Below are positions 47,925-60,666 of a stretch of DNA of 64,000 nt, one piece after another. The notes beneath the pieces were generated by a model, which was not told where the DNA came from, made no database searches, and saw nothing but the letters and a program-made list of their open reading frames with translations. The stretch spans positions 96,001-160,000 of the forward strand of contig CAXXMU010000002.1 in the NCBI GenBank assembly GCA_963667785.2, written 5' to 3'. The DNA is from Alphaproteobacteria bacterium (lineage in GTDB: Bacteria; Pseudomonadota; Alphaproteobacteria; UBA828). How positions within the stretch are numbered: the stretch's first letter is position 1; each line of letters begins with the position of its first letter. Position numbers and translations under genes: made by a program.

Positions 47925-48794
47925 CTACCGCCTGATCGTGCCGAAGGTGACGCCGCGCAGAAGCTGGTTCTGCAGCAGGAAGGTCACGATCACCACAGGG
48001 ATCAGGAAGAGCGTCTCGATCGCCGCCAGCAGCCCCCAGCGCACGCCGATGTCGCCGCCGATGGTCTGCGCCATGGCGACCGGCACCGTGCGCGTGTCGC
48101 GGCCCGTGAGCAGGAGGGCGAAGAGGAACTCGTTCCAGGTGAGGATGAGGCCGAAGACGGCGGTCGCCGCGATGCCCGCCTTCACCTGCGGCAGGCAGAT
48201 GCGGAAGAAGATCTTCGTCTCCGAGCTGCCGTCCATGCGTGCGGCATCCTCCACCTCGCGCGGTATCTCGTCGAAGAAGCTCTTCATCATCCAGATGGTG
48301 AAGGGCAGGTTGAAGGCGGCATAGAGCAGGATGATGCCGACATAGCTGCCGCTGAGCCCGCTCAGGCGGAACATGATGAAGATCGGGATGATGACGATGA
48401 TCGGCGGCAGCATCCGGGTCGTGAGGATGATGAAGAGGTAGGTCTCGTTGCCCTTGAGCGGCCAGCGCGAGAAGCCGTAGGCCGCGACTGTGCCGATGAT
48501 GAGCGCGACCCCGACCGAAGCGCCGGCGATGAAGATGCTGTTGAAGAAGAAGAGGTCGAAGTGGGTGTCCACCGTCGCGCCGCCGCGCTCGTAGGCGCGG
48601 GCGAAGACGTTGGCGAAGTTCTCCAGCGTCGGCGTGAAGATGAACTTGGGCGGGGTGGACAGCGCGTCGGTGTGGGACTTGAACGCGGTCAGGATGATCC
48701 ACAGCACCGGGAAGAAGTAGATGAAGCTGATGACGGTCGAGAACGCGGTCCGCCGCCAGCCTGCCTTGCCGATCTCGCGCCGTTTGCGGGCCAT
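47925..48794 (-). CDS. Carbohydrate ABC permease (MalG-like)
   Basis: EDAARMDG EAA loop and WNEFLFA. Confidence 0.92.
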   Translation of the reverse strand: MARKRREIGKAGWRRTAFSTVISFIYFFPVLWIILTAFKSHTDALSTPPKFIFTPTLENFANVFARAYERGGATVDTHFDLFFFNSIFIAGASVGVALIIGTVAAYGFSRWPLKGNETYLFIILTTRMLPPIIVIIPIFIMFRLSGLSGSYVGIILLYAAFNLPFTIWMMKSFFDEIPREVEDAARMDGSSETKIFFRICLPQVKAGIAATAVFGLILTWNEFLFALLLTGRDTRTVPVAMAQTIGGDIGVRWGLLAAIETLFLIPVVIVTFLLQNQLLRGVTFGTIRR

Positions 48795-48797
48795 GGC

Positions 48798-49715
48798 CTA
48801 CTGCTCCTCCACGTCCCGTCGCCTGACGAAGAAGAGATAGAGGTTGGTCAGCACGATCACCACGAAGAGCAGGATATAGCCGAGAGCCGCCGACTGGCTG
48901 GTCTTGAAGTACTGGAAGGCCACCCGATAGACATAGACGGCGATCGTCTCCGTCGAGGTTCCCGGCCCGCCCTCGGTGATCAGGAACACGATGTCGAACA
49001 GCTTGAACGCCTCGATGGTACGGAAGAGGATCGCCAGCAACAACAGGCCCCGGATGTAGGGGAAGGTGATCGTCCAGAAGCGCCGCCACCAGGAGGCGCG
49101 GTCGATCTCGGCGGCCTCGTAGAGGTGCTTCGGCACGCTGACGAGGCCGGCCAGCACCAGCAGCATCACGAAGGGCGACCACATCCAGACGTCGGCGAAG
49201 ATAATGCCGGCGAGCGCGCCCACCTCGGAGCCCAGCAGGATGAAGGGCTCGCCGGTGACCGCCTTCACCGCTTGGCTGAGCAAGCCGAAGGTCGGCTCGT
49301 AGTAGTAGCGGAAGAAGGCGCCGACCGCGACGAAGCTCAGCATCATCGGCGTCAGCACCAGCATGAGCAGCACGCGGCGGCCGGGGAATGTCTTCTCGAA
49401 GAGGAGCGCCAGCAGAAAGCCCACCACGAGCTGCAGCAGCACGTCGACCGTCACCACGATGGCCGTGGTCTGGAAGCGCTCCCAGACCACCGGGTCGGTA
49501 AGCACCTTCTCGTAGTTCTTGAACCAGACGAACTCCGGTTCCTTCACGCGGTTCGCCCGGTAGCGATAGAAGCTCAGGCCGAACGACCAGAGCAGCGGAA
49601 AGATGTTCATGATGACGAGCACGGCGAGCGCGGGCGAGACCAGGAGCGGCCCGCGGTTGCGCTCGAAAAAGCGCTCCAGCAGCGTGCCGTGCTCAGCGTG
49701 ATAGGTGGCGGCCAT
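48798..49715 (-). CDS. Carbohydrate ABC permease (MalF-like)
   Basis: LYEAAEIDRA and T.GGPG..TET motifs. Confidence 0.92.
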   Translation of the reverse strand: MAATYHAEHGTLLERFFERNRGPLLVSPALAVLVIMNIFPLLWSFGLSFYRYRANRVKEPEFVWFKNYEKVLTDPVVWERFQTTAIVVTVDVLLQLVVGFLLALLFEKTFPGRRVLLMLVLTPMMLSFVAVGAFFRYYYEPTFGLLSQAVKAVTGEPFILLGSEVGALAGIIFADVWMWSPFVMLLVLAGLVSVPKHLYEAAEIDRASWWRRFWTITFPYIRGLLLLAILFRTIEAFKLFDIVFLITEGGPGTSTETIAVYVYRVAFQYFKTSQSAALGYILLFVVIVLTNLYLFFVRRRDVEEQ

Positions 49716-49765
49716 GCTTCAGGGGCCGGTCAAGCTCTGTGTCCGGGGAACCGGCGGGACGGAAA

Positions 49766-49794
49766 GGGGGCGGCGCCGGCGCGGCGCCGCCCCC
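49766..49794 (-). terminator. Perfect 13-bp GC hairpin after the binding-protein gene (weak terminator or mRNA stabiliser)
   Basis: GGGGGCGGCGCCG-GCG-CGGCGCCGCCCCC, followed by TTT on the minus strand. Confidence 0.6.
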
Positions 49795-49810
49795 GATACC
49801 GCCTCGATCG

Positions 49811-51241
49811 CTACTCGATGCGTCCTACGTCGCGCAGGAGCTCATCCTGGAAGACGGCGATGCTGTCGAGCGCCTCCTTGGCGGAGATCTGCCCGGTAAT
49901 CGCCTTGTCGAACTCCTCCTGCTGCTGCACCAGCAGCTCGAAGAACTCGGGGATGTGCCAGACGTCCCTCTGCCAGTCGAGGCTGGGGCCGAAGGCGTGG
50001 TTCCACGGCCGGTACTCCATGTACTCGGGCGTCGAATAAACGCTCTTCAGGCCGCTCTGGCCGCCGCGCGAGGCGAACTCGTGCTGCACCGGAGTCGACA
50101 GCCACCACTTGCAGAAGTCCAGCGCCTCCTGGACGACCGTGTCGCTGTTCCAGGTGGTCAGCACGAAGGGCTGCCCGCCGATGTTGGACCAGCGCACGAT
50201 CTCGTCACCCACCAGCAGGCCCGGCATCTTCGCGAAGTTGACCCTGTCATGGACCTTCGAGAATTCCGGCGAGATCGCCGATTCGCCGAAGCCGATCCAC
50301 TGGATGATCCAGGCGACCTTGCCCTCGCGGAACAGCTCGTCGACCTTGAAGATGTCCATGGTGCCGGTCTGGACCACCGGCGGCATGTGCTCGGTCAGCG
50401 AGAGATAGTGCTCGAACGCCTCGACGGCGACGTCGGAGTTCACGACGCCAAGCGCCTGGCCCTCGGGCTCCATGGTCTCGTCCCAGATGCTGCCGCCGTG
50501 CTGCCAGATGAAGCCGTTGATCTGCATGCTGGAGAAGTCGTAGCCCTTGCCGGCCTGGTAGGCGATTCCGTAGAAATCGTCGTTCAGGGTCTCGCCGCCC
50601 AGCGAGTCGCCGGAACTGCGGCGGAAGAACTCGCCGAAGTCGGCCACCTGGCCCCAATGGACTTCGTTCTGCGCCTCGGGCGAGCACGGCAGGTCGTAGC
50701 CGTACTTCTCCTTGAACGCCGCCATCTCGCCTTCATGGCAGAACAGATCCTCGCGGTAGTAGACCACCAGCACGTCCGGCATCTGCGGGAAGCCGTAGTA
50801 GTTCTCCGTGCGATGCGGATAGGTGGAATAGGACGCGACGAGGTTGGGATGCAGGTCCTCGAAGACCGCCTGCAGGCCCGGGTCGGCATCGATGAAGTCG
50901 TTGATCTTCATGTAGTAGCCGCCCTCGATGTTGGCGCCCAGCCACTGGCTGTCGCTGACCGCCATCTGGTACTTCTCCTCGCCCGAGGTCAGCGAGGCCG
51001 CGAGCCGCGTGTAGTAGTCCGGCCACGGGATGAAGTCGATCACGAGCTTCACGTTGTTGCCGCTCGGCGCCTTGTAGCTCGCGTTCGCCATGTCCTGCAT
51101 GATGCGCGTCGGCGGCCAGTCGGGCGCTGCCATGTTGATGGTGATGTCCTCGGCCTGGGCGGGGCCGCCCCACATGGCCGAGCCGACCAGCGCCATCGCA
51201 CCGGCAAGCAGGGCCGCCTTGCCCTTCGTCATGAGTCTCAT
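49811..51241 (-). CDS. Carbohydrate ABC substrate-binding protein (family 1)
   Basis: Signal peptide ending in AQA; DSQWLG and YGFPQMPD..V.YYR.DLF; AGGGAG RBS. Confidence 0.9.
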   Translation of the reverse strand: MRLMTKGKAALLAGAMALVGSAMWGGPAQAEDITINMAAPDWPPTRIMQDMANASYKAPSGNNVKLVIDFIPWPDYYTRLAASLTSGEEKYQMAVSDSQWLGANIEGGYYMKINDFIDADPGLQAVFEDLHPNLVASYSTYPHRTENYYGFPQMPDVLVVYYREDLFCHEGEMAAFKEKYGYDLPCSPEAQNEVHWGQVADFGEFFRRSSGDSLGGETLNDDFYGIAYQAGKGYDFSSMQINGFIWQHGGSIWDETMEPEGQALGVVNSDVAVEAFEHYLSLTEHMPPVVQTGTMDIFKVDELFREGKVAWIIQWIGFGESAISPEFSKVHDRVNFAKMPGLLVGDEIVRWSNIGGQPFVLTTWNSDTVVQEALDFCKWWLSTPVQHEFASRGGQSGLKSVYSTPEYMEYRPWNHAFGPSLDWQRDVWHIPEFFELLVQQQEEFDKAITGQISAKEALDSIAVFQDELLRDVGRIE

Positions 51242-51330
51242 GCTCGTCTCCCTTTTCGGTCTCCTCGCGAACCGCGGCGTTGCCTGCCGTCGATCATGTC
51301 GGCCGGCCGCTCCGGCGTGCGCGCCGCATC

Positions 51331-52425
51331 CTACGCCACCATGGTGCCGGAGTCGCTCAAGAATAGTCGTGTGTCGGCGCCGGCGAGCGAGATGTGCACG
51401 CTGTCGCCGGCCGTGTAGCGGGCGCCGGTCGCTTCCGCCACCACCATGCGGAGCGGCACGCCGGCCGCCTTCAGGTCGAGAATCGTGATGTCGCCCTGCG
51501 GCTCCGTGATCTCGATCGTCGCGGGCACGCCCCCTGCCCCGTCGTCGACGAGCGCGAGGTCGTGCGGCCTGATGCCGACCAATAGCTCGGTCCCGCTTTC
51601 GAGCGCCTGCAGTCCCTCGCGCCAGCGGTCGCCGTCAAGCTCCATGAACGGCAGCTCGATGGCGGGCGCGCCGGCGGAAGACGGCTTCAGCGTGCCCCTG
51701 ACCAGATTGATGGGCGGATCGCCGATCAGCGACGCGACGTGCCGGTCGACCGGCCGGGCATAGAGGCGGTCCGGCGTGTCGACCTGGGTGATGCGTCCGT
51801 GCTGGATCACCGCGACGCGCTCGCCGATGCTGAGCGCCTCGAGCTGGTCGGGCGTCGCGTAGAGCGTGGTCGTGCCGATCTCCCGATGGAGGCGCTTGAA
51901 CTCCGCACGCATGTCGTGGCGGAGCTTCGCGTCGAGGTTCGTCAGCGGCTCGTCGAAGAGGAAGAGCCGCGGGCGGCGGATGATGGCGCGCCCGATGGCG
52001 AGACGCTGCTGCTCGCCGCCGCTGAGCGAGGCCGGGCGGCGGTCCAGCGTATGGGTGATGCGAAGGAGCTCGGCCGTCTCGCGCACGCGGCCGTCGATCT
52101 CGGCGCGGCGCAGCTTCATCTCGCGCAGCGGGTAGGCGAGGTTCTGGAAGGTGGTGAGGTGGGGGTAGAGCGCGAAGCTCTGGAAGACCATCGCCATGTC
52201 GCGGCGCTTGACCGGGACGCCCGAGAGATCGTGCCCGTCCACCGTGAGCGTGCCGCCGTCCGGCTTCTCGAGGCCGGCGATGACGCGCAGCGTCGTCGTC
52301 TTTCCGGCCGCGCTCGGCCCGAACAGCACGAAGAATTCACCGTCCTCCACCTCCAGGTCGATGCCGCGAAGCGCGTGCACCGACCCGTAGCTCTTCGTCA
52401 ATCCGGAGAGGCGAAGCTGCGCCAT
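51331..52425 (-). CDS. CUT1 sugar/polyol ABC ATPase lacking the H-switch
   Basis: GPSAAGKTT, LSGGEQQR and LFDEP; ATPD replaces VTHD. Confidence 0.9.
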   Translation of the reverse strand: MAQLRLSGLTKSYGSVHALRGIDLEVEDGEFFVLFGPSAAGKTTTLRVIAGLEKPDGGTLTVDGHDLSGVPVKRRDMAMVFQSFALYPHLTTFQNLAYPLREMKLRRAEIDGRVRETAELLRITHTLDRRPASLSGGEQQRLAIGRAIIRRPRLFLFDEPLTNLDAKLRHDMRAEFKRLHREIGTTTLYATPDQLEALSIGERVAVIQHGRITQVDTPDRLYARPVDRHVASLIGDPPINLVRGTLKPSSAGAPAIELPFMELDGDRWREGLQALESGTELLVGIRPHDLALVDDGAGGVPATIEITEPQGDITILDLKAAGVPLRMVVAEATGARYTAGDSVHISLAGADTRLFLSDSGTMVA

Positions 52426-52703
52426 TCAACTCGTCCGTTGCGGCCGTCGGGCGACAGGTGCCGAACGCGATCCCGTCCGGCCGGGCCACCCTTCTCCCGT
52501 CGCCAACATAGCATCCCGGCCGCGCCCGCCAAACGCCGACGCGCGGGCCTGCTTGCCGATCGCGCCCCTATGCCGCGCCCGATACGCACTTAACAATCGG
52601 GCCGCGCTGTGCGAAAACCCGGCCCCGGCGGCCGCTTGCGCTCTTCGCGCATCCGGTAATTCCCTTTGTCGCCTTCTGGAGAAACGACGCAGCACCTTCG
52701 CCC

Positions 52704-52922
52704 ATGGCCAAAGAAGACCTGCTCGAGTTTTCCGGCACGGTTCGCGAAAAGCTGCCGGACACGATGTTCCGCGTGGCGCTCGACAACGGCCACGAGATCA
52801 TCGCGCGCCCGGCGGGCAAGATGCGGAAGTTCCGCATCCGCGTGCTGGTGGGCGATCGGGTCGATGTCGAGATGACTCCCTACGACCTTTCGAAGGGTCG
52901 GATCATCTTCCGCCACAAGTAG
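52704..52922 (+). CDS. infA: Translation initiation factor IF-1
   Basis: MAKED..EF.G.V.E.LP..MFRV.L.NGH....[25 protein letters not shown]. Confidence 0.96.
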   Translation: MAKEDLLEFSGTVREKLPDTMFRVALDNGHEIIARPAGKMRKFRIRVLVGDRVDVEMTPYDLSKGRIIFRHK

Positions 52923-53022
52923 GCCGCAAGCGGAGGGCGCGGGTGCGGGCGAGGCCGGCGCTGCCGGCCGGCAGCCGTCTCGCTGCTGCGGCGAGACCGA
53001 ACCGCCTCGGGGGAGAGCACGG

Positions 53023-53712
53023 ATGGCCCATCCGCGATTCGGCGATATCGGAGCGTGCGTCTTCGACGCCTACGGTACGCTGTTCGACTACAACTCGGCT
53101 GCCGCGCGTCATGCCGCGACGCTCGGCGACAAGGCCCCGGCGCTGGCCGAGCTCTGGCGGCTCAAGCAGCTTCAGTACACCTGGCTCAGGAGCCTGATGG
53201 GCCGCCATGCGGGGTTCTGGCAGGTCACCGGAGAGGCGCTCGACTACTCGATGGCGGCGCTCGACGTCGAGGACCCGGTGCTCCGCGACGGCCTGATGGA
53301 CGCCTACCGCACCCTGGATGCGTACCCGGAAGTGCCGGAGACGCTGGCGACGCTCCGGGCGCACGGGCTCAAGTGCGCGATCCTCTCGAACGGCGAGCCG
53401 GGGATGCTCGAGGCCGCGGTCGAGGCGGCGGGGATCGCCGGCAGCCTCGATGCCGTTCTCTCGGTGGAGGACGTCGGCATCTTCAAGCCGCACCCCTCGG
53501 TCTACCAGCTGGCGGTCGATCGGCTCGGCGTCCCGGCGGCGCGGGTGAGCTTCCAGTCGTCGAACGCCTGGGACGCCAACGGTGCCGCCGCCTTCGGCTT
53601 CCGCGTCGCCTGGTGCAACCGCTTCGGCCAGGGGCCGGAGCGCGTGCCCGAGGCGCCCGATGCCGAAATCGCCACGCTCGCCGAGCTTCCGGCGCTGCTG
53701 GATATCGGCTGA
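53023..53712 (+). CDS. Haloacid dehalogenase type II (L-2-haloacid dehalogenase)
   Basis: FDAYGTLFD, WRLKQLQYTW, LSNG, FKPHP and SSNAWD motifs. Confidence 0.92.
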   Translation: MAHPRFGDIGACVFDAYGTLFDYNSAAARHAATLGDKAPALAELWRLKQLQYTWLRSLMGRHAGFWQVTGEALDYSMAALDVEDPVLRDGLMDAYRTLDAYPEVPETLATLRAHGLKCAILSNGEPGMLEAAVEAAGIAGSLDAVLSVEDVGIFKPHPSVYQLAVDRLGVPAARVSFQSSNAWDANGAAAFGFRVAWCNRFGQGPERVPEAPDAEIATLAELPALLDIG

Positions 53713-53721
53713 GGCGGGCCG

Positions 53722-54333
53722 GTGCGCGCGCTGCGGGCGCTCGGCCTGATCGCGGCACTCGCCCTGGGCGGCGCTCTGGCGGGCGCCGCTCAGGCCGCTT
53801 CGCTCGGCGGCATGGTGCTGGTCGCGAACGAGGGCATGCCCGACCCGCGCTTCCAGGAGACGGTGATCTACATGATCGATCACGACGAAGGCGGCGCCTT
53901 CGGTCTCGTCGTCAACAAGCCCATCAGTACCGGGCCCATCGCCGCGCTCCTGGACCGGCTGCAGATCGATCCGGGCGAGGGGGATGGCGACGAGGTGCAG
54001 GGCTCCATCACCGTGCACTATGGCGGCCCCGTCGAGCCCGAGCGCGGGCTCATCCTCCACTCCGACGACTACGCGATCGAGGGCACCCAGCCCGTCTCCG
54101 CCGGGATCGCGCTGACCGGCCGCACCGACGTGCTGCGCGACATCGCCCACGGCCGGGGTCCGGGCCGCAGCCTGCTCCTCTTCGGCTATTGCGGCTGGGG
54201 GCCGGCGCAGCTTGAGGGCGAGCTCGCGCGCGGCGACTGGACCATCGTCGATGCCGACCCCGACCTCGTGCTGGGCACCGACCACGAGGACAAGTGGCGC
54301 CGCCTGCAACGCGGCGACGGCATCTTCATCTGA
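53722..54333 (+). CDS. YqgE/AlgH (UPF0301) family protein with an N-terminal signal-like segment
   Basis: DPRF..TVIY..DH...GAFGLVVN, GGPV and GYCGWGPAQLEGE motifs. Confidence 0.88.
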   Translation: MRALRALGLIAALALGGALAGAAQAASLGGMVLVANEGMPDPRFQETVIYMIDHDEGGAFGLVVNKPISTGPIAALLDRLQIDPGEGDGDEVQGSITVHYGGPVEPERGLILHSDDYAIEGTQPVSAGIALTGRTDVLRDIAHGRGPGRSLLLFGYCGWGPAQLEGELARGDWTIVDADPDLVLGTDHEDKWRRLQRGDGIFI

Positions 54334-54701
54334 GGCGGTGCGGTCCGCGGCCTCCGGGCACGCATTCGCCAAGGCGGCCCGGCCACGGGCACGGGCGGCG
54401 CGAGAGGAAGATTCTTTTTCGTGCCAGTCAGTTACGCCAAATTGGGTTCGTTTTGCAAAAAAGCCGTTCGACGGCCGTCAGCGCGCGCACAACGCGAACC
54501 GCCCCCCGCCCGTGGTCGGCACCACCTGGCAAGAAAATCCATCGCTCCGGCACTCGTTCAACGCGTCCACCTCCGCTGCCGATAGCGAGTTTCCTGTGCC
54601 TCCCGCGACCGAGCCGGGGCGACGCGCAGGTGAAGGCTTAATAACACTCATCGTTCCCATCCCATGTTATTTATTGTGCGTAGCGAAATGCGGACACATT
54701 G

Positions 54702-56452
54702 TCAGTCCGTGCACCTAGCCCAGCGTCCCCCCCCACTATCTCGATGAAGTCGGCAGTTGGTAGCTCCGCCACTACGACAAGCGTTTAGGGCAGCCCTTTC
54801 TGCTTCTGCTCTTGTGTTTCCCAATCCCGTTTCATAGAAGCAAGAGTTTCTGGTATCACCATACGCCGAGGCCGCGCATAGGGAGCGGCCTGAATAAGCA
54901 CTCCCAAAGTCTTGCCGAAAGACACAATTTACTCCACCAATGCTACGGCATAAATTTATGGCCGCAGCACGAGCATCGCTTCGGCTGGAGTGATTGGAAC
55001 TGATTCCGGCACTATACGCGCAAGTGCGGCCCGGCGCATTCCAGGATTGCGCTATTGCGCCAAAGTAACGGAGCGCGGTCGCACCTCTGACGTCGAAGCT
55101 GAGCTGGGCCGTCAGGCCGCCCGGGTCGCGCGCCGTCACCGTGATCCTCGCCGCGCCGGTCGTGTGAACGCCTGCACCGCGGTGATCGTGAGCGTGCTGC
55201 CCGAGATCGACGCCCGCACAAAGCTCGGCGCGTTCGAACTCGCGCTGTAAGTCAGCCTGTCACGGTCGGGGTCGGAGAAGCGGCTCGAGACGTCGATGGT
55301 CCTGGATTGCCCCACGGTCATATTCGACACGTCGCTGATCCCGCCCTGCACGACGGGAGGGCGGTTGCCGCTAGCCGCACCTCTGACGTCGAAGCTGAGC
55401 TGGGCCGTCAGGCCGCCCGGGTCGCGCGCCGTCACCGTGATCCTCGCCGCGCCGGTCGTGAACGCCTGCACCGCGGTGATCGTGAGCGTGCTGCCCGAGA
55501 TCGACGCCCGCACAAAGCTCGGCGCGTTCGAACTCGCGCTGTAAGTCAGCCTGTCACGGTCGGGGTCGGAGAAGCGGCTCGAGACGTCGATGGTCCTGGA
55601 TTGCCCCACGGTCATATTCGACACGTCGCTGATCCCGCCCTGCACGACGGGAGGGCGGTTGCCGCTAGCCGCACCTGTGACGTCGAAGCTGAGCTGGGCC
55701 GTCAGGCCGCCCGGGTCGCGCGCCGTCACCGTGATCCTCGCCGCGCCGGTCGTGAACGCCTGCACCGCGGTGATCGTGAGCGTGCTGCCCGAGATCGACG
55801 CCCGCACAAAGCTCGGCGCGCTCGAACTCGCGCTGTAGGTCAGCCTGTCACGGTCGGGGTCGGAGAAGCGGCTCGAGACGTCGATGGTCCTGGATTGCCC
55901 CACGGTCATATTCGACACGTCGCTGATCCCGCCCTGCACGACGGGAGGGCGGTTGATGCCCGAGGGTCTCCAAGTGCCTGAGTCGGGCCCGCCGGAAGCA
56001 CAGCCCGAGACCAACACGACGCAATCGGCGCTGGATCCCAAAACGCTTTGGCAATTGCGGATCGCAGCCGAGCGCGCCTCGGCGAGTGAATTTCTTCCGT
56101 GCGGGCTTGCGTGGCAGTTGCCTGAGGAGTTTTGGCCAACACCGACCGCCACACATTGTTCAAATGACCTTGATCTACACCGGGGGAAGGTACCACCTGC
56201 TGCCGCACTTTGTGCCAGTAATGTGCAGCCCTGTCGCGCACCATTCTCTGCACTCGATGCCGACGAGGCGAGGGTTACGATATTGGCCACTGCAAACGAA
56301 CAATCCGACGATAAGGTGTGTGAGACTCCGCCATATCTGGACGAGGGCTGCCCGCCATTACCATTGCCATTGCCACCGCCACCGCAAGCAGAGAGAGTAG
56401 CCGCGAGAACCCCTGCGCAGGCGAGCGCCAGAGACCACCTCATAGACTTCAC
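54702..56452 (-). CDS. Surface lipoprotein: lipobox, DUF4189-like domain, three Ig/cadherin-like repeats, second DUF4189-like domain; 2-bp frameshift in the third repeat
   Basis: LSAC-GGGG lipobox; Cys-rich A...A...C domains at both ends; NRPPVV...FSDPD.D.LTYSASS...ITVTARDPGGLTA repeats; an extra TG at about 55162-55166 relative to the other two repeats splits ORFs 55136..56452 and 54702..55139. Confidence 0.8.
55080..55955. repeat. Three tandem near-identical 294-bp (98-codon) repeats
   Basis: Units start at 55080, 55376 and 55670 (296 bp with the insertion, then 294 bp); only a few substitutions between units. Confidence 0.95.
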
Positions 56453-57606
56453 TCCCCGTTCTCCAAGAGCCGCTTAGGCAACTGAGCGGACATGTTCTCG
56501 CCGTCAAAGTCTCCGGAGTCGTCGACCTTCAGCTCAGGCGTTTCGCGTTCTACGACCTCGATCTCGCCCACATGATCCGCTGAGCGCCACAGCATCCCCG
56601 CCTCGGCCTCGCGGGACGCCGGGTCGCGGCGGCCGAGGCCCTCCCAGCGCAGGTCCGAGCGGTCGAGGACACCCAGCGGGATCGAGACCGACGCGTGCAG
56701 CGCAACCGAATCGTCGCCCGCCCCCACGTCGTCCCAGCCGCCCTGCACCTCGAACCACGGATGCGGCTGCCAGCCGAGGCCGAGGCGCGCCCGCTCCGCC
56801 CACGCGCCCGAGCCGTCCTGGCTCTCCCAGCGCCCGGCAGCGGCGCGCAGGTGGACGGTCGTGGTCAGGTCCGCGCTGTAGGCGAGCTCCGCGCCCGCGA
56901 TCGCCCGCTCCTCGTAGCCATGGTGCCCGGGCCGCCAGTCGGTCGTCGGCATGTAGTTAGGTGAGCGAGCCCTGGCCCCAGCGATCCAGGTACTCGAGCC
57001 CGGTCACCAGCCGCGCGTGCCCCCGCTCGACGTTCTCCTGCACGAACATCGAGGCGCCGATGACCCCGTCGCCCGGCTCCTCGAAGAGCGCATGGCGGTG
57101 CACCGCGCCAAGGCGGACGTCGCTGCGCTGGAAGCCGCGCGCATCGCGCCACCGCGTCACCCCGTTCTGGACGAAGAAGGAGCGCGTCACCGCATCGCCC
57201 TCGACCGAGGAGAGCGCGCTCAGGGCAGGATCACGTCCAGGTCGGCGCTCAGTGTGCCGGTCGACGCGGTGAGCCCGAGCCGGCGGTCGATGTGGAAGTG
57301 CTCGCCGAAGCGCGCCTTGCCGTGGCGCTCGACGAGCTGCAGCGCGCTGTCGGCGAGCCTGGAGAACACCTGCTCGATGGCGCAGTCGGTGGCCGGGGTG
57401 ACGTCGTCCTGCACGTACTGGAGGGTGCCGACGCAGTTCTCGACCCCGAACATGCCGACGCCCCAGTCCCTGGGCACGGCGGCGTGCTCGTCGGCCTGGG
57501 CCGGAAGCGACCCGAGCGCGAGCGCCAGCGCCAGTGCGACAGCCAGCATGGGCAGGGGGCGGGGGAGCCGGTCTCGCAAGCGGCGGTTAGAAATCCGATC
57601 GCGCAT
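56449..57606 (-). pseudogene. Stand-alone inverse-autotransporter (invasin/intimin-type) beta-barrel gene with two frameshifts (pseudogene or assembly errors)
   Basis: Joined frames read signal peptide ... LSADLDVILP|LSA...VRLGAVHR...GASMF....ERGHARLVTGLEYLDRWGQGSLT|YYMPTTDW...YEERAIAGAE..., resembling the invasin RxGxGxEY..D...S.N.Y....W....ERPAxGxD strands; -1 at GGG 57223-57225 and +1 at TT 56957-56958; AGGAG RBS. Confidence 0.65.
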
Positions 57607-57795
57607 CGCACATCTCCTATGCCTACCCGCGATCAACGGTATGCACTTTCGGCGAGCAGATCAATAAGCTTGTCGAATACCGCCCCTGCCTTACCGCCCT
57701 GATTTGGCTGACTTATCCGACTCTTCGATCGGCCGTATCGGAGAATCGACGCGCAGATCGTCGAATTCGGCGCGGGCTGCGGCGCGCGATCGGGC

Positions 57796-60666
<2,871 letters not shown>

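Noticed and set aside
54702-56452. Possible diversity-generating retroelement target
   Set aside because: No reverse transcriptase is present and there is no template/variable repeat pair with adenine-specific differences; the repeats are in-frame domain duplications.
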